DNA of 64,000 nucleotides. Source: the human T2T-CHM13v2.0 reference genome, Homo sapiens. Position 1 is the first letter of the stretch. Every line of letters starts with the position of its first letter. The stretch is from assembly GCF_009914755.1 (NCBI RefSeq), contig NC_060925.1; one strand, given 5' to 3'. Positions 27,171 to 41,511 of the stretch are shown piece by piece. Position numbers and translations under genes: made by a program. The notes beneath the pieces were generated by a model that was not told the DNA's origin, did not search any database, and saw only the letters and a list, made by a program, of their open reading frames with translations.

Positions 27171-30100
27171 ATCTTCACAGCTTTGACCACTCAGAGAGGT
27201 CCATACACATACCTTTTCCCAAAATGTTTGTCACCAATTTTCCAATGATGCTTCTTCCAAGTCTCTGATTATCCAGCCAAACCATTGGCTACAGCCCATA
27301 AATCAGTATATAATTGCACATCTAGCCATTTCTCCTTCCTTGCAAAGTGCATAACCAGCTGCACTGCTTGAAGTTCTGCCCAGTGAGGAGATTTCCCTTC
27401 ACTGCTGTTCTTCAGGGATGTCCTAGAAAGGGTCTGTATTGCTGCAGCTGTCCACTTTTGGGTGGTGTCTGCCTATGGTGAAGAACCATCTGTAAACCAG
27501 GACCTAGTCTTCTCTTCTTCTGTCAACTGATTGTAGGGAATTTCCCATAAGACTATCGGTGCAGGCTGGGGGAGAGAAGGCAGGGTGGCAGGAGTGGAGA
27601 CCATGGGCATTTGAGCCACTGCCTCATGTAACTTACTTGTGTCTTCAGGACCTGCACGATCCTGATCACATATACCACTTCCATTTGATGAAGGAATGCT
27701 GCTGTGCATGACCCACTTTATGGTTAGATGAGTCAGAAAGCACCCAGTTCATGATAGGCAGTTCAGTTGGCATGGTGACTTGATGACCCATAGTCAAACA
27801 TTCAGTTTCCACCAAAGCCCAATAACAGGCCAAGAGTTTTCTCTCAAAAAGAGAGTAGTTATCTGCAAAGTATGGCAGGGCCTTGCACAAAAATCCTAGA
27901 GGCCTCTGCTGTGATTCACCTGTGGGGACCTGCCAAAGGCTCTAAGCAGCATCCCTATCTTCCACCTACCTTCAAGCACCATTTGATCTGCTGGGTCATA
28001 TGACCCAGATGGCAGAGCAGCTTGCACAGCACCTGGACCTGTTTCAGAGCCTTCTCCTGTTCTGGACCCCACTAAAAACTGAGAACCTTTTGGGTCACTT
28101 AATAAATGGACTGGAGTAACACACACAAATGAGGAATGAGTTGCTCCCCAAATCCAAATAGGCCCACTGGGTGTTGTGCCTCTTTCTTGGTTGTAGGAGG
28201 GGCCAAACACAACAACTTATCCTTCACCTTAGAAGGAATATCTCAACAGGCCCCACACCAATGGACCTCTAGAAATTATACTGAGGTAGAAGGTCCCTGA
28301 AGTTTAGTCGGATTTATTTCCCATACTCTGGCATGCAAATATCTCACCAATAAGTCCAGTGTGTTTGCTGCTTCTTGCTCACCGGATCCAATCAGTATAA
28401 TATCATCAATGTAATGGACCAGTGTGATATCTTGAGGAGGCAAAAAAGTGATCAAGATCTCTCCAAATCAAATTATGGCACAAAGCCAGAGAATTCTATA
28501 CCCCTGAGGTAGGACAGTAAAGGTATATTGCTGGCCTTGCCAGCTGAAGGCAAATTGCTTCTGTTGGGCCTTATGGACAGGAATGGAGGAAAGGGTATTT
28601 GCCAAATCAATGGATGCATACCAGGTACCAGGAAATGTGTTTATTTGCTCAAGAAATGAAACCACATTTGGTACAGCAGCTGCAATTGGAGTCACCACTT
28701 GGTTAAGTGTATGATATTCCACTATTATTCCCCAACATTCATCTGTCTTCTCAATAGGCCAAATGGGAGCATTGAAAGAGGATGTGGTGGAAATCACCAC
28801 CCATGCGTCTTTCAAGTCCTTGATGGTTGCACTAATCTCTGCAATCCCTCCAAGGATGTGATATTGTTTTTGATTTTCTATTTTTTCTAGGTAGAGACAG
28901 TTCTAATGGCTTCTATTTTGCCTTTCCCTCCATAATAGCCCTAACCCTACCAGTCAGAGAGCCAGTGTGGGGGTTCTGCAAGATGCTAAGTATGTCTATG
29001 CCAATTATGCATTCAGACACTGGGGAACTGAACATAGGATGAGTCAGGGAAACCTCTGGACCCACTGTAAGTAAGACCTGAGCTAAAACGCTACTAATTA
29101 CCTGACCTCCAAAAGCCCCTACTTTAACTGTAAGACCGCAGTGATGTTTTGGGTCTTCTGAAATCAATATCAGCTCAGAGCCAGTGTCCAGTACTCCCTG
29201 AAATGTCTGATCATTTTCTTTTCAACAACGCACAGTTACCCTGGTAAAAGGCTGAAGGTCTTTTGAGGGAAGGATGGGAGAAAGATTCGTTGAAAAAATT
29301 GTCAGTAACATAGTGGGGTCCTTCCATCCTTCCTCAAGGGGACCTTGCATCCCCTTTATTCAAGGGGTTCTGAGTCTGTAAATTGGCTCAAGTCTGGAAA
29401 TTGAGAGGCTGTGGTTCTCTGTTCTTATAATTCAAATTAGTCTATGGTCCATTTGCCCTAAAAGTTTCCTACTCATATGAATTAAATAAGAATGCAGCAG
29501 GTTTTCTATCAATTTCATTTCTAAGAACTCCACGATTAATTAATCAATGCCAGAGCTCTACATGGGTCAGACTATTCTGATTGCTGCTTTGCCTCTGCTT
29601 TCCATTAGAGTAGCTAACTACACCTACCTTGCCTTACATGGTTGGGTGCTGCCACTTGACGCCTACCACCTCGGGATTCAATTATTTCCATAGTATTTAA
29701 ATTTTGTAGTTGAGTGACTGTGGTTCCCGCTGTTAGATCTGACATACAGAGAAGAACAATTACAGGGCTCGTCAAAAATGCAGGTGCTGCCCTCACAAAT
29801 CTGTTGCACAAGGCATTGGTAAAGGGTGTATCTTCTGGACCCACCCAGCTGGAATGAGTGGGTCAAAAGTGACTAATTCACTGCATTATCCCAATCTTCC
29901 TAAGCCTTTGGATCCTTCCTCTTCATTAAGCTAAGGGAGATAAGGCATTTCCAGCTCACTTATAGTGGGCCATCTTTTAATCCATATTCCAGCTAACCAA
30001 GCAAATAAACTATTAGAACATTTTTTTTAACTCCCCAAGCTGCAACATTAAGTGCAGAGTCCCTACTTAGAGGGCCCAAATCAAAAAATTCAGCCAGATC

Positions 30101-30720
30101 CAACTCTATGTTTCTTCCACCATTATCACACACCCTTAATATCCATTCCCATGCCTATTCTCCAGATTTCTGTTTATATAAATTAGAAAACTCAAGCAGT
30201 TATTTTTGAGTGTAGCATGCCTCCTTATGGATCACACTCTCAACCTCACCTCTAGGGATCTGCTAGGACTTTAGTTATAGGTCTAAAAGCAAACAGGGGT
30301 GTTGGGAGTAGCTCCTGAGGAGAATCAACATCACTCTGCTTGGCAACTGCCTCAAGGGAGGCCATCACATTGCCTCAGGCAGTGCAGAGTTTATCTCCTC
30401 AGAAAAAGAGGGAAAGGCTGATAACAGCATAGGTCAGAGGAAGATGTTGCCACTACTGGGGATGGGGAAGCTGTTTCTTCTGGTAAAGGGGAAGCTGTTT
30501 GTTTCTTCTGGGGAAGAAAAAAAGAAAAACAACTTTGACCAGAATTTACAAACTCAATGTCCCCAGCTTCATCAGGGTCCTTTCACACACTGCCATTTCA
30601 AGCAGCAGGGTCCCATTCATTTTTAATCAATGCCCTCACTTTAAGAGTAGACACCTGGTGAGGCTGGGCATGCAGCTTTCATTGCAGGTCAGCCACATGC
30701 ATGATAAGAGCTTGTGTCTG

Positions 30721-31015
30721 GGCCGGGTGTGGTGGCTCCCACCTGTAATCCCAGCACTTTGGGAGGCCAAGGCAGGCGGATCACGAGGTCAGGAGTTCGA
30801 GACAAGCCTGGCCAATATGGTGAAACCCCATCTCTAAAAATACAAAAATTAGCTGTGCATGGTGGTGTGCACCTGTACTCCAAGCTACTCAGGAGGCTGA
30901 GGCAGAAGAATCGCTTGAACCCAGGAGGCAGGATTGCAGTAAGCCAAGATCATGCCACTGCACTCCAGCCTGGGTGACAGGGTGAGACTCCGTCAAAAAA
31001 AAGAAAAAAAAAAAA
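30721..31015 (+). mobile_element. AluS (AluSg-like) inserted in HERV-L gag
   Basis: ggatcacgaggtcaggagttcgag; 15-bp TSD aagagcttgtgtctg (30706-30720) / aagagcttatgtctg (31016-31030). Confidence 0.92.
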
Positions 31016-31486
31016 AAGAGCTTATGTCTGTTTTCCCACGATTTCAGCTCTTTCTCTACAAGAGATAAGACTCTCACTCAGGGCAATCTTAGCAGATTTG
31101 AAGCTCAGTATCTGCTTCTGAAGCCGGGAGTTAGATTTCCTAAGTTTGTCATTTTCTTTCATCACTTTGACCACTGAATTTAGGAGCAACCAACCAGCTT
31201 CATTACGTTTCTTGGTTCTCCACATATGGTCAAAAGTATTATGTATAGAGTCATTAAACTGCTTGCCTCTCATGAGTGGTGAATCAGGAGTGTCAAATGC
31301 ATTTATCTTGCTAACTCTCTAAAGAGTTCATGCAAAGAACTATTATTGTTTTCCATACTATTAAAAGTAAAGTCCATAGCATCTTTGGGTCTAATCATAG
31401 TAAACAACCAACTCTAGAAACCCCAAAACTAACACAAAAACTCCATCCTTAATTTTCTGTTCCTCTAGCACCATTCCTGGTACTAC

Positions 31487-33811
31487 TACTGAGGAGATTA
31501 CAATTTGAGGTGAGATTTGGGTGAGTACACAGAGCCAAAACATATTCTGCCACTGGTCCTTCTCAAATCCCTTGTTATTTTTATACCTCAAAAGACAATC
31601 ATGCCTTCCCAACATTCCCACAAAGTCTTAACTCATTCCAGCATTAACTGAAAAGTCCCAAGTCCAAAGTCTCATCTGAGGCAAGGCAAGTCCTTTCTAC
31701 CTATGAGCCTGTAAAATAAAAGAAAAGTTAGTTACATCCAAGATACAATAGGGTTACAGGCATTGGATAAATGTTCCTGTTAAAAATGGGAAAAATCAGC
31801 CAAAACAAAGAGGCGACAGGCCCCATGCAAGTCCAAAATGCAGCAGGGCAGCTATTACATCTTATAAGTCCAAAATAATCTGTTTTGACCCCATGTCTCA
31901 TATCCAGGGCAAGGTGATACAAGAGGAGGGCTCCCAAGGCCCTTGGTAGCTCTGCCTCGGTAGCTCTGCCTCTGTAACTCTGCAGGGTACATCCCTCAGG
32001 GCTGCTTTCACAGGCTGGCATTGAGACCAGCAACTTTTCTAGGTGCATGGTGTAAGCTGTTGGTGGACCTACAGTTCTGGGGTCTGGAAGATGGTAGTCT
32101 TCTCCTCACAGCTCCACTAAGCAGTACCCCACAAGGGACTCTTTGTGGGGCTCTGATCCCACATTTTTCCTCTGCATTGCCCTAGTAGAGATTTTCCATT
32201 AGGGTTCTGCCCCTGCAGCAGATTTCTGCCTGGACAGCCAGGTATTTCCATACATCCTCAATCCAGGTGGAGGTCCCCAAACCTCAATTCGTGTCTTCTG
32301 CTCACACACAGACCCAACAAAATTTGGGAGTCACCAAGGCTTGGGGCTTGCACCCTCTGATGTAAGGATCTGAGCTGTAACGTGGCCCCTTTTAGCCACA
32401 GATGGAGCTAAAGTGGTTGGGATGCCAAGCGCTGTGTCGTGAGGCTTAACACAGCAGCAGGGCCCTGGGCCTGCCCCAAGAAACCATTTTTCTATCCTAG
32501 GCCTCTGGGACTGTGATAAAAGGGGCTGCCATGAAGATCTCTGAAATGCCCTGGAGACATTTTTCCCATTGGCTTGGTGATTAACACTTGGGTCCTCATT
32601 ACTTATGCAAATTTCTGCAGCCAGATTGAATTTATCCCCAAAAGATGTTTTTTTCTTTTCTACCACATGGTCAGGCTGCAAGTTTTCTAAACTTTTATAC
32701 TCTGCTTCCCTTTTAAACATAAGTTCCAATTTCATATCACCTCTTTGTGAATACATATGACTTTATGCTCTTAGGAGCAGCCAAATCACCTCTTGAACAC
32801 TTTGCAGCTTAGAAATTTCTTATGCCAGATACTGTAAATCATCTCTCTCAAGTTCAAAGTTCCACAGATTTTTAAAGCCAGGGAAAAATGCCACCAGTCT
32901 CTTTGCTAAAGCATAGCAAGAGCAACCATTACTCTAGTCCCCAATAAGTTCTTCATCTCCATCTGAGACCAACTCAGCCTAGATTTCATTGTCTGTATCA
33001 TTATCAGCATTTTGCTCAAAATCATTAAACAAGTCTCTAGGAATTTACAAACTTTTACACATCTTCTTTTCTTCTTCTGAGCCCTCCAAACTGTTCGAAC
33101 CACTCTCCATTACCCAGTTCCAAAGTTGCTTCCACATATTCAACTATTTTTATTGTAACACTGACTTCTCTCAATTTTCTGTATTAGTCTATTTTTACTT
33201 TATTATAAAGAACTACCTGAGACTGGGTAATTTATAAAGTAAGAGTGTTAATTGACTCACAGTTCTTCCTGGCTGGGAAAGCCTCAGGAAACTTACAATT
33301 GTGGTGAAAGGCAAAGGGGAAACAAGGCATGTATTACGTGGTGACAGGAGAAAGAGAGCAAGAGAGAAACTGCCAAACTTTTACTTTATTTTTTTGATGT
33401 GGAGTCTCACCATGTTGCTCAGACTAGAGTGCAGTGGTGCAGTATCAGCTCACTCAACCCCTGTAGTAGCTGGGATTACAGGTGCCTGCCACCACACCTG
33501 GCTACTTTTTGTCGTTTTAGTAGAGACAGGGTTTCACCATGTTGGCCAGTCGGGTCTCAAACTGCTGATCTCAAGTGATACACCTACCTCAGTCAATCAA
33601 AGTGCTAGAATTACAGGCACATGCCACTGTACCCAGGTCTGCCAAAACTTTTAAACCATCAGATCTTATGAGAACTCCCTCAATATTATGAGAACATCAT
33701 AAGAAAAACTGTCCCCATGATCCAGTCACCTCCTATAGGTCACTCCCTGATCACAAAAGGATTACAAGTTGAGATGAGATTTGGATGGAGACTCAGAGAG
33801 AAACCATATCA
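31487..33811 (-). mobile_element. MaLR element (THE1D/MSTA-like): 5' LTR 33180-33811, internal region, only about 60 bp of the 3' LTR
   Basis: LTR termini tgtattagtc and aaaccatatca; internal ORF remnant KSLENLQPDHVVEKK (32331-32756); partial LTR gagatttgggtgagtacacagagccaaaacatat near 31510-31545. Confidence 0.88.
33383..33638 (-). mobile_element. AluS with internal deletion, inserted in the MaLR LTR
   Basis: TSD ctgccaaactttt (33370-33382) / ctgccaaaactttt (33639-33652); right-monomer gap at gctcactcaacc|cctgtagtagctggg. Confidence 0.88.
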
Positions 33812-34605
33812 GCAGATATCATCTTAACACACTGATTTTCTTTCTTTTGGATATTTACTCAGCAGTGGGATTACTGAATCATATGCTAGGTCTATTTTTA
33901 ATTTTTTGAGGAACCCACATACTGTTTTTTATAGTGGCTTTACTAATTTGCATTTTCACCTACAGTGTACAAGTATTTTTCTTCCTCTACATCCTTGCCA
34001 GCACTTATTATTTTTTGACTTTTGGTAATAGTCATTTTAACTAAGGTAAGATAATATCTTATTGTGGTTTTGATTTGCATTTCCCTGATTATCAGTGATG
34101 TTAAACATCTTTTATATGTCTGTTGGATATTTGTATGTCTTCTTCTCATAAATATCTTGGGATCTTTTGCCCATTTTTAAAATCAGATCATTTGTTTATA
34201 TTGCTATTGAGTTGTTTGAGTTCTTGTAATATTCTGGTTACAAATCTCTTGTCAGATGGGGAGTTTGCAAATATTCTCACTTATTCTACAGAAAGTCTCT
34301 TTACTTTATTGGTTATTTACTGTAATGTGCAGAAGCTTCTTAGCTTAATGTACTCCCATGTAAATATATTTGCTTTAGTTGCCTGTGCTTTTGAAGTCCT
34401 ACCCAAAATATCTTTGCCCAGACCAATGTGCTAAAGCATTTCTCCAATGTTTTCTTCCAGTTGTTTCATAGATTCGGACCTTAGATTTGTCTTTCATCCT
34501 TTTTGAGTTGATGTTATATATGTTGAGTGACAAGAATCATTTCATTCTTTTTCATATGAATATCCAATTTTCCCCATTCCATTTATTCAGCTATTTTCCC
34601 CCTAA
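33812..34605 (-). mobile_element. L1M ORF2 3' fragment
   Basis: Minus-strand ORF 33943-34149 [18 protein letters not shown]. Confidence 0.85.
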
Positions 34606-34660
34606 ATGTTGTTTTAAATAAAGAATAAAAAAGAAGAATTTTTTTTATAAAAATTGTTTA

Positions 34661-37600
34661 GTGGTGACTGGCAAGATGGCCAAATAGGATTAGCTCCAAT
34701 CTGCAGCTCCCAGCGAGATCAATGCAGAAGACGGGTGATTTCTGCATTTCCAACTGAGGTACTTAGCTCATCTCACTGGGAGTGGTTAGACAGTGGGTGC
34801 AGCCAACAGAGGCAGAGCAGAAGCAGGGTGGGGCATTGCCTCACTTGGGAAGCCCAAGGGGCCAGGGAACTCCCTCCCCTAGGCAAGGGAAGCAATGAGG
34901 GACTGTGCCATGAGAAACAGTGTATTCTGGTCCAGATACTATGCTTTTGCCATGGTATTCGCAAACTGCAGACCAGGAGATTCTCTCAGGTGCCTACACC
35001 ACCAGGTCCCTGGGTTTCAAGCACAAAACTGGGCAGCCATTTGGGCAGGCACTCAGCTAGCTGCAGAAGTATGTTTTTTTTCATACCCCAGTGGTGCCGG
35101 GAATGCCAGCGAGACAGAACCTTTCACTTCCCTGGAAAGGGGGCTGAAGCCAGAGAGCCAAGTGCTCCTGTTCATCGGATCCCACTCCCATAGAGCCCAG
35201 CAAGCTGAGATCCACTGGCTTGAAATTCTTGCTGCTAGCACAACAGTCTGAAGTCAACCTGGGATGCTTGAGCTTGGTGGGGTGAGGGGCATCTGCCATT
35301 ACAGAGACTTGAGTAGGCTGCTTTCCCTTCACAGTGTAAACAAAGCCATAGGGAAGTTTGAACAGGGCAGAACTCACTGCAGCTCCGCAAAGCCATTGGA
35401 GCCAGACTGCCTCTCTAGATTCCTCTTCTCAGGGGAGGACATCTCTGGAAGAAAGGGAGCAGCCCCAGTCAGGAGCTTATAGATAAAACTCCCATCTCCC
35501 TGGGACTGAGTACCTGCAGGAAGGGGCGGCTGTGGGTGCAGCTTCAGCAGACTTAAACGTTCCTGCCTGCCAGCTCTGAAAAAAGCAATAATCTCCCAGC
35601 ATAGTACTCGAGCTCTGCTAAGAGACAGACTGCCTCCTCAAGTGGGTCCCTGATCCCCCTGCCTCTTGACTGGGAGATACCTCCCTGCAGGGGTCGACAG
35701 ACATGTCATAAAGGAGAGCCCTGGCTGGAATCCAGTGGGTGCTCCTCTGGGATGAAACTTCCACAGGAAGGAACAGGCAGAAATCTTTGATGTTCTGCAG
35801 CCTCCACTGGTAATACCCAGGCAAACAGGGTCTGGAATGGACCTCCAGCAAGCTCCAGCAGACCTGCAGCAGAGGGGACCGACTGTTAGAAGGAAAACTA
35901 ACAAACAGAAAAGAATAGCATCAACATCAAAAAAAGGATGACCGCTCAAAAACCCCATCCAAAGGTCACCAACATCAAAGACCAAAGGTAGATAAATCCA
36001 TGAAGATGAGGAAAAAAAAAAAAAACAGGGCAAAAAGACTGAAAATTCCAAAAACCAGAATGTCTCTTTTCCTCCAAAGGATCACAACTCCTTGCCAGCA
36101 AAGGAACAAAACTGGATGAAGAATGAGTTTGAAGAATTGACAGAAGTAGGCTTCAGAAGATGGGGAATAACAAACTTATCCTAGCTAAAGGAGCATGTTC
36201 TAACCCAAAGCAAGGAAGTTCAGAACCTTGAAAAAAGATTAGAGGAATTGCTAACTAGAATAACCAGTATAGAGAAGAATATAAATGACCTGATGGAGCT
36301 GAAAAACAGAGGATACACAAGTATCAATAGCCGAATCAATCAACCGGAAGAAAATATATCAGAGATTGAAGATGAACTTAATGAAATAAAGCATGAAAAC
36401 AAGATTAGAGAAAAAAGAATGAAAAGGAACAAACAAAGCCTCCAGGAAACATAGGACTATGTTAAAAGACCAAACCTACGTTTGATAGGTGTACCTGAAA
36501 GCGACAGAGAATTCTTTGAAACCAATGAGAACAAAGACACAATGTACCAGAATCTCTGAGACACATATAAAGCAGAGTTTAGAGGGAATTTTATAGCACT
36601 AAATGCCCACATGAGAAAGCAGGAAAGATCTAAAATTGACACTCTAACATCAAAATTAAAAGAATTAGAGAAGCAATTCTCTAATTCAAAATCTAGCATA
36701 AAACAAGAAACACATAAGATCAGAGTGGAGATAGAGACAAGAAAAACCCTTCAAAAATCACTGAATCCAGGTGCTGTTTTTGTTTTTTTTTTTTCTTTAA
36801 AGATGAACAAAATAGAAAGTCAGCTAGCCAGACTAATAAAGAAGAAAAGAGAGAACCATCAAATAGACACAAGAAAAAATAATAAAGGGGATATCACCCG
36901 TGATCCCACAGAAATACAAACTATCATCAGAGAATGCTATAAACACCTCTAGATAAATACACTAGAAAATCTAGAAGAAATAGATAAATTCCTGGAAACA
37001 TACATCCTCTCAAGACGAAACCAGGAAGAATTTGAATCCCTCAACACGTTCCGAAATTGAGGCAGCAATTAATAAGATTACCAACCAAAAATCACCAGGA
37101 CCAGATGCATTCACAGCCGAATTCTACCAGAGGTACAAAGAGGAGCTGGCACCGTTCCTTCTGAAACTAATACAAACAATAAAAAAGAGGGACTCCTCCC
37201 TAACTCATTTTTTGAAGCCACCATTATCCTGATACCAAAACCTGGCAGAGACACGACAAAGAAAGAAAATTTCAAGCCAATATTCCTGATGAACATATTT
37301 GCAAAAATCCTCAATAAAACACTGGCAAACCAAATCCAGCAGCACACCAAAAAGCTTATCCACCACAATCAAGTCAATAAATGGAATGCATCACATAAAC
37401 AGAACCAATGACAAAAACCTCATGATTATCTGAATAGATGCAGAAAAGGCCTTCGATACAATTCAACACCCCTTCATGCTGAAAACTCTCAATAAACTAG
37501 TTACTGATGGAACATATCTCAAAATAATAAGAGCTATTTGTGCCAAACCCCCAGCCAATGTTATACTGATTGCGCAAAAACTGGAAGCATTCCCTTTGAA

Positions 37601-39660
37601 AACCATCACAAGACAAGGATGCCCTCTCTCACCACTCCTTTTCAACATAGTATTGGAAGTTCTGGCCAGGGCAATCAGGCAAGAGAAAGGAAGAAAACCT
37701 ATTCAAATAGAAAGAGAGGAAGTCAAATTGTCTCTGTTTGCAGATGATTGTATATTTAGAACACTCTATCACCTCAGCCCCAAGTCTCCATAAGTTGATA
37801 AGCAACCTCAGCAATGTCTCAGGATACAAAATTAATGAGCAAAAATCAAAAGCATTCCTCTGCAGCAATAATAGACAAACAGAGAGCCAAATCATGAGTG
37901 ACCTCCCATTCACAATTGCTACCAAGAGAATAAAATGCCTAGGGATACAACTTATAAGTGATGTGAAGGACATTTTCAAGGAGAACTACAATCCACTGCT
38001 CAAGGAAGTAAGAGAGGACACAAACAAATGGAAAAATATTCCATGCTTATGGACAGGAAGAATCAATATGGTGAAAAAGGTCATACTGCCCAAAGTAATT
38101 TATAGATCCAATTATATCAACATCAAGCTACCATGGATTTTCTTCACAGAATTAGAAAAATCTACTTTAATTTCATATGAAACCAAAAGAGAGCCCATAT
38201 AGCCAAGACAATCCTAAGCAAAAATAACAAAGCTGGAGGCATCATGCTACCTGACTTCAAACTATACTACAAGGCTACAGTAACCAAAACAGCATTGTAC
38301 TGGTACCAAAACAGATATACAGACCAATGGAATAAAACAGAGGCCTGAGAAATAATGCCACATATCTACAACCATCTGATCTTTGACAAACCTGACAAAA
38401 ACACACAATGGGGAAAGGATTCCCTATTTAATAAATGAGGTTGGAAAAACTGGCTAGCCATATCCTGAAAACTAAAACTGGACACTTCCTTACACATTTT
38501 ACAAAAATTAAGATGGATTAAAGACTTAAACATAAGACCTAAACCATAAAAACCCTAGAAGAAAACCGAGGCATTACCATTCAGGACATAGGCATGGGCA
38601 AAGACTTCATGACTAAAACATCAAAAGCAAAGGCAACAAAAGCCAAAATTGACAAATGGGATCTAATTAAACTAAAGAGCTTCTGTGCAGCAAAAGAAAC
38701 TATCATGGGTGAACAGGCAACCTAGAGAATGGGAGAAAATTTTTGCAATCTATCCACCTAACAAAGGGCTAATATCCAGAATCTACAAGGAACTTGAACA
38801 AATTTATTAGAAAAAACAAACAACTCCATCAAAAAGTGGGTGAAGGATATGAACAGACACTTCTCAAAAGAAGACTTTTATGCAGCCAACAAACATATGA
38901 AATAAAAGCTCATCATCACTGATTATTAGAGAAATGCAAATCAAAACCACAATGAGATACTGTCTCATGCCAGTTAGAATAGCGATCATTAAAAAGTCAG
39001 GAAACAACAGATACTGGAGAGGATGTAGAGAAATAGGAATGCTTTTATACTGATGGTGGGAATGTAAATTAGTTCAACTGTTGTGGAATACAGTGTGGCA
39101 ATTCCTCCAGGATCTAGAACTAGAAATACCATCTGACCCAGTAATCCCATTACTGGGTATATACCCAAAAGATTATAAATCATTCTACTATAAAGACTCA
39201 TGTGCACATATGTTTATCGCAGCAGCCTTCACAAGAGCAAACACTTGGAACCAACCCAAATGCCCATCAATGATAGACTGCATAAAGAAAATGTGGCACA
39301 TATACACCATGGAATACTATGCAGCCATAAAAAAGGATGAGTTCCTGTCCCTTGCAGGGGCATTGATGAAGCTGGAAAGCATCATTCTCAGCAAACTAAT
39401 ACAGGAACAGAAAACCAAACACTGAATATTCTCACTCGTAAGTGGGAGTTTAACAGTGAGAACACATGGACACAAGGAGGGGAACATCACACAGTGGGGC
39501 CTGTAGGGAGGTGGGGGCCTAAGGGAGAGATAACATTAGGAGAAATACCTAATGGAGATGACAGGTTGATGGGTGCAGCAAACCACCATGGCATGTGTAT
39601 ACCTATGTAACAAACGTGCTTATTCTGAACATGTATCCCAGAACTTAAAGTATAATTTTA
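34661..39660 (+). mobile_element. L1PA7-like LINE (copy A), both ends present, internal deletion from ORF1 into ORF2
   Basis: 5' UTR tggcaagatggccaaatagg...ccaactgaggtac; ORF1 5' part; junction near 36511; ORF2 fragments; 3' UTR; TSD aaaaattgttta (34649-34660) / aaaagttgttta (39662-39673). Confidence 0.93.
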
Positions 39661-40342
39661 AAAAAGTTGTTTAACCTTTTCCAAATTCAGATTACATATA
39701 TACATGCACAAACACACACACACACACACACACAGATATATGTATTAACATATAACTTCTAAAATGAATTTAAAACACATTAGAATACTTGATTTTGCAC
39801 TAATTTCTTATACCTTATTAGGTTATATAATTATGCATTAATATAGCCTTGAGTTGAAATTGTTAAAATAAGCATACAAAATAAAAACAAATTACTTCTA
39901 CTTAGCAAACATACTGTTATTCTTTAATTAAAGATATAATGCATGAGAATAGTTAGATACCCTAGAATATTCATTAATTTAAAAGTTTTAATTTGTCGAT
40001 TTCATCTATTTCTGTAATTAATATTATACTACATTGAAATAACTATTGTATCCTTGTGCTATCACTTTTCACCTCTTTTTGTTTGATAATGTACTTATAT
40101 ATGTTCAACAAGACCACAATCCTTCTAAAATTAATAATGATGTACTTTAAACCTGTAGATGAAAATACATTACACTGATAGAACTAACAACTGATTTAGT
40201 CAATAGTGTATAGTGTATGAGAGCACATACCTTGAAATCAGGTACAACTTTGAACTAATACTCTCAAAAACATAAATTCTTCATATGTCAAATGTGAGTA
40301 ATCATTTGTTACAGAGATATTAAAAATATAAATTACATTATT

Positions 40343-40560
40343 AATTCATTCAACAAACTTTTTTAAGCCTTTACTCTGCACAAGTGACAATATTAGTGTC
40401 TAGGGATATAAAGATGAAAATGACACTAGGGAATCAAACATGAAACCAGTAGTTATTAAATTGCAATAGTGATTAATTAAATAAAAAGTATATGATGCTA
40501 CAAATGTATACTACTCATATAGTTTTAGTATCAGGAAAGGTTTGTCTGGTGGAGAAATAT
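40343..40560 (-). mobile_element. L2 3' end fragment
   Basis: attcattcaacaaac...aagcctttactctg...ctagggatataaagatgaa. Confidence 0.55.
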
Positions 40561-40609
40561 TTGTGAGAATAGTCATTAAATCCTTAGTTTTATGTAGGAA
40601 AAATATAAT

Positions 40610-40690
40610 TTACTGCCCAGAAAGTAGCTGACATGAAGTAGGTACTCTGTAAATATTTGCTAAATAAATACATAAACAAATTAAGTAAAT
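40610..40690 (+). mobile_element. L2 3' terminal fragment
   Basis: gctgacatgaagtaggtactctgtaaatatttgctaaataaata. Confidence 0.55.
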
Positions 40691-41009
40691 AAATATTATT
40701 ACTCATTAAGATAATTTAAAGAACTTGAAGATGTTTTGATATTCAGATAAATGCTCTAGGGTAAGGTGGAACTTGCTTTCATTGATAAAGTATATTTTGA
40801 ATCAAAAGAGATATTTCCAGAGTTAAATCATCACAGTGTTCACTCACTTCACTTTCACTTTCCCTCTGGAGGTCATAAGCCATAGGGGTCTCTCTTGGTA
40901 CTGACCTGTGCTGCATGGGTACATGAGTAAAATAAAACTATTCCCACCATCTTCAATGCATCTATTCTTACTTTTTTTTTTTTTTTTTTTTTTTTGCTTT
41001 AACAGTTTG

Positions 41010-41511
41010 CAGAAACTTCTCCATCCAGCTCTGTTTAATGCTGCAAAGAAACCTACTTTCTTCTAGTCCCACCCAGGATATTTAGATGATCAACATTGCT
41101 AAGTAGTTGGGAGAGGTTGAGAGCAGGAAAGAAAAGCCACAGACTCCATTAACTGTTTCATGAACTCAATCAGGAATCGCACACACAAGCCACTTTGAAC
41201 TCCTCACCTGTGGACTACCCCAAATGACCCATGAGCACCCCAAATTCTCTGTGAACCTTGTCCTGTCTCCCCAAGTCAGCTCTTTGAGCACATCTTCATC
41301 AACAGGAAATGCAAGTGTCTTAGATATCCAGCCCAATTCTGAAAGACTAAAAGACGGTACAAAACTTGAGCATTTCAGTACTTCACCTTAGGGAAAACAA
41401 ACAGAAGGCTCTTGCCACCTGGTCTTGCTTTGTGGGAACAAGAGAAAGCATACAATTTTTATAACTTTCCCCCAAGAGGAAACAAGAAGTATGGAGAGAT
41501 GCATTTTCAGG
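41010..41511 (+). mobile_element. Probable L1M 5' UTR, upstream part of the L1MA resuming at 51451
   Basis: Directly joined through the MSTA TSD tcagg/acagg to L1 5' UTR-ORF1 sequence at 51451; family assignment weak. Confidence 0.45.

Noticed and set aside
34654-35193. Longest ORF (179 aa)
   Set aside because: It lies in the GC-richer L1 5' UTR with a non-ATG start and no recognisable domain; a chance open frame.
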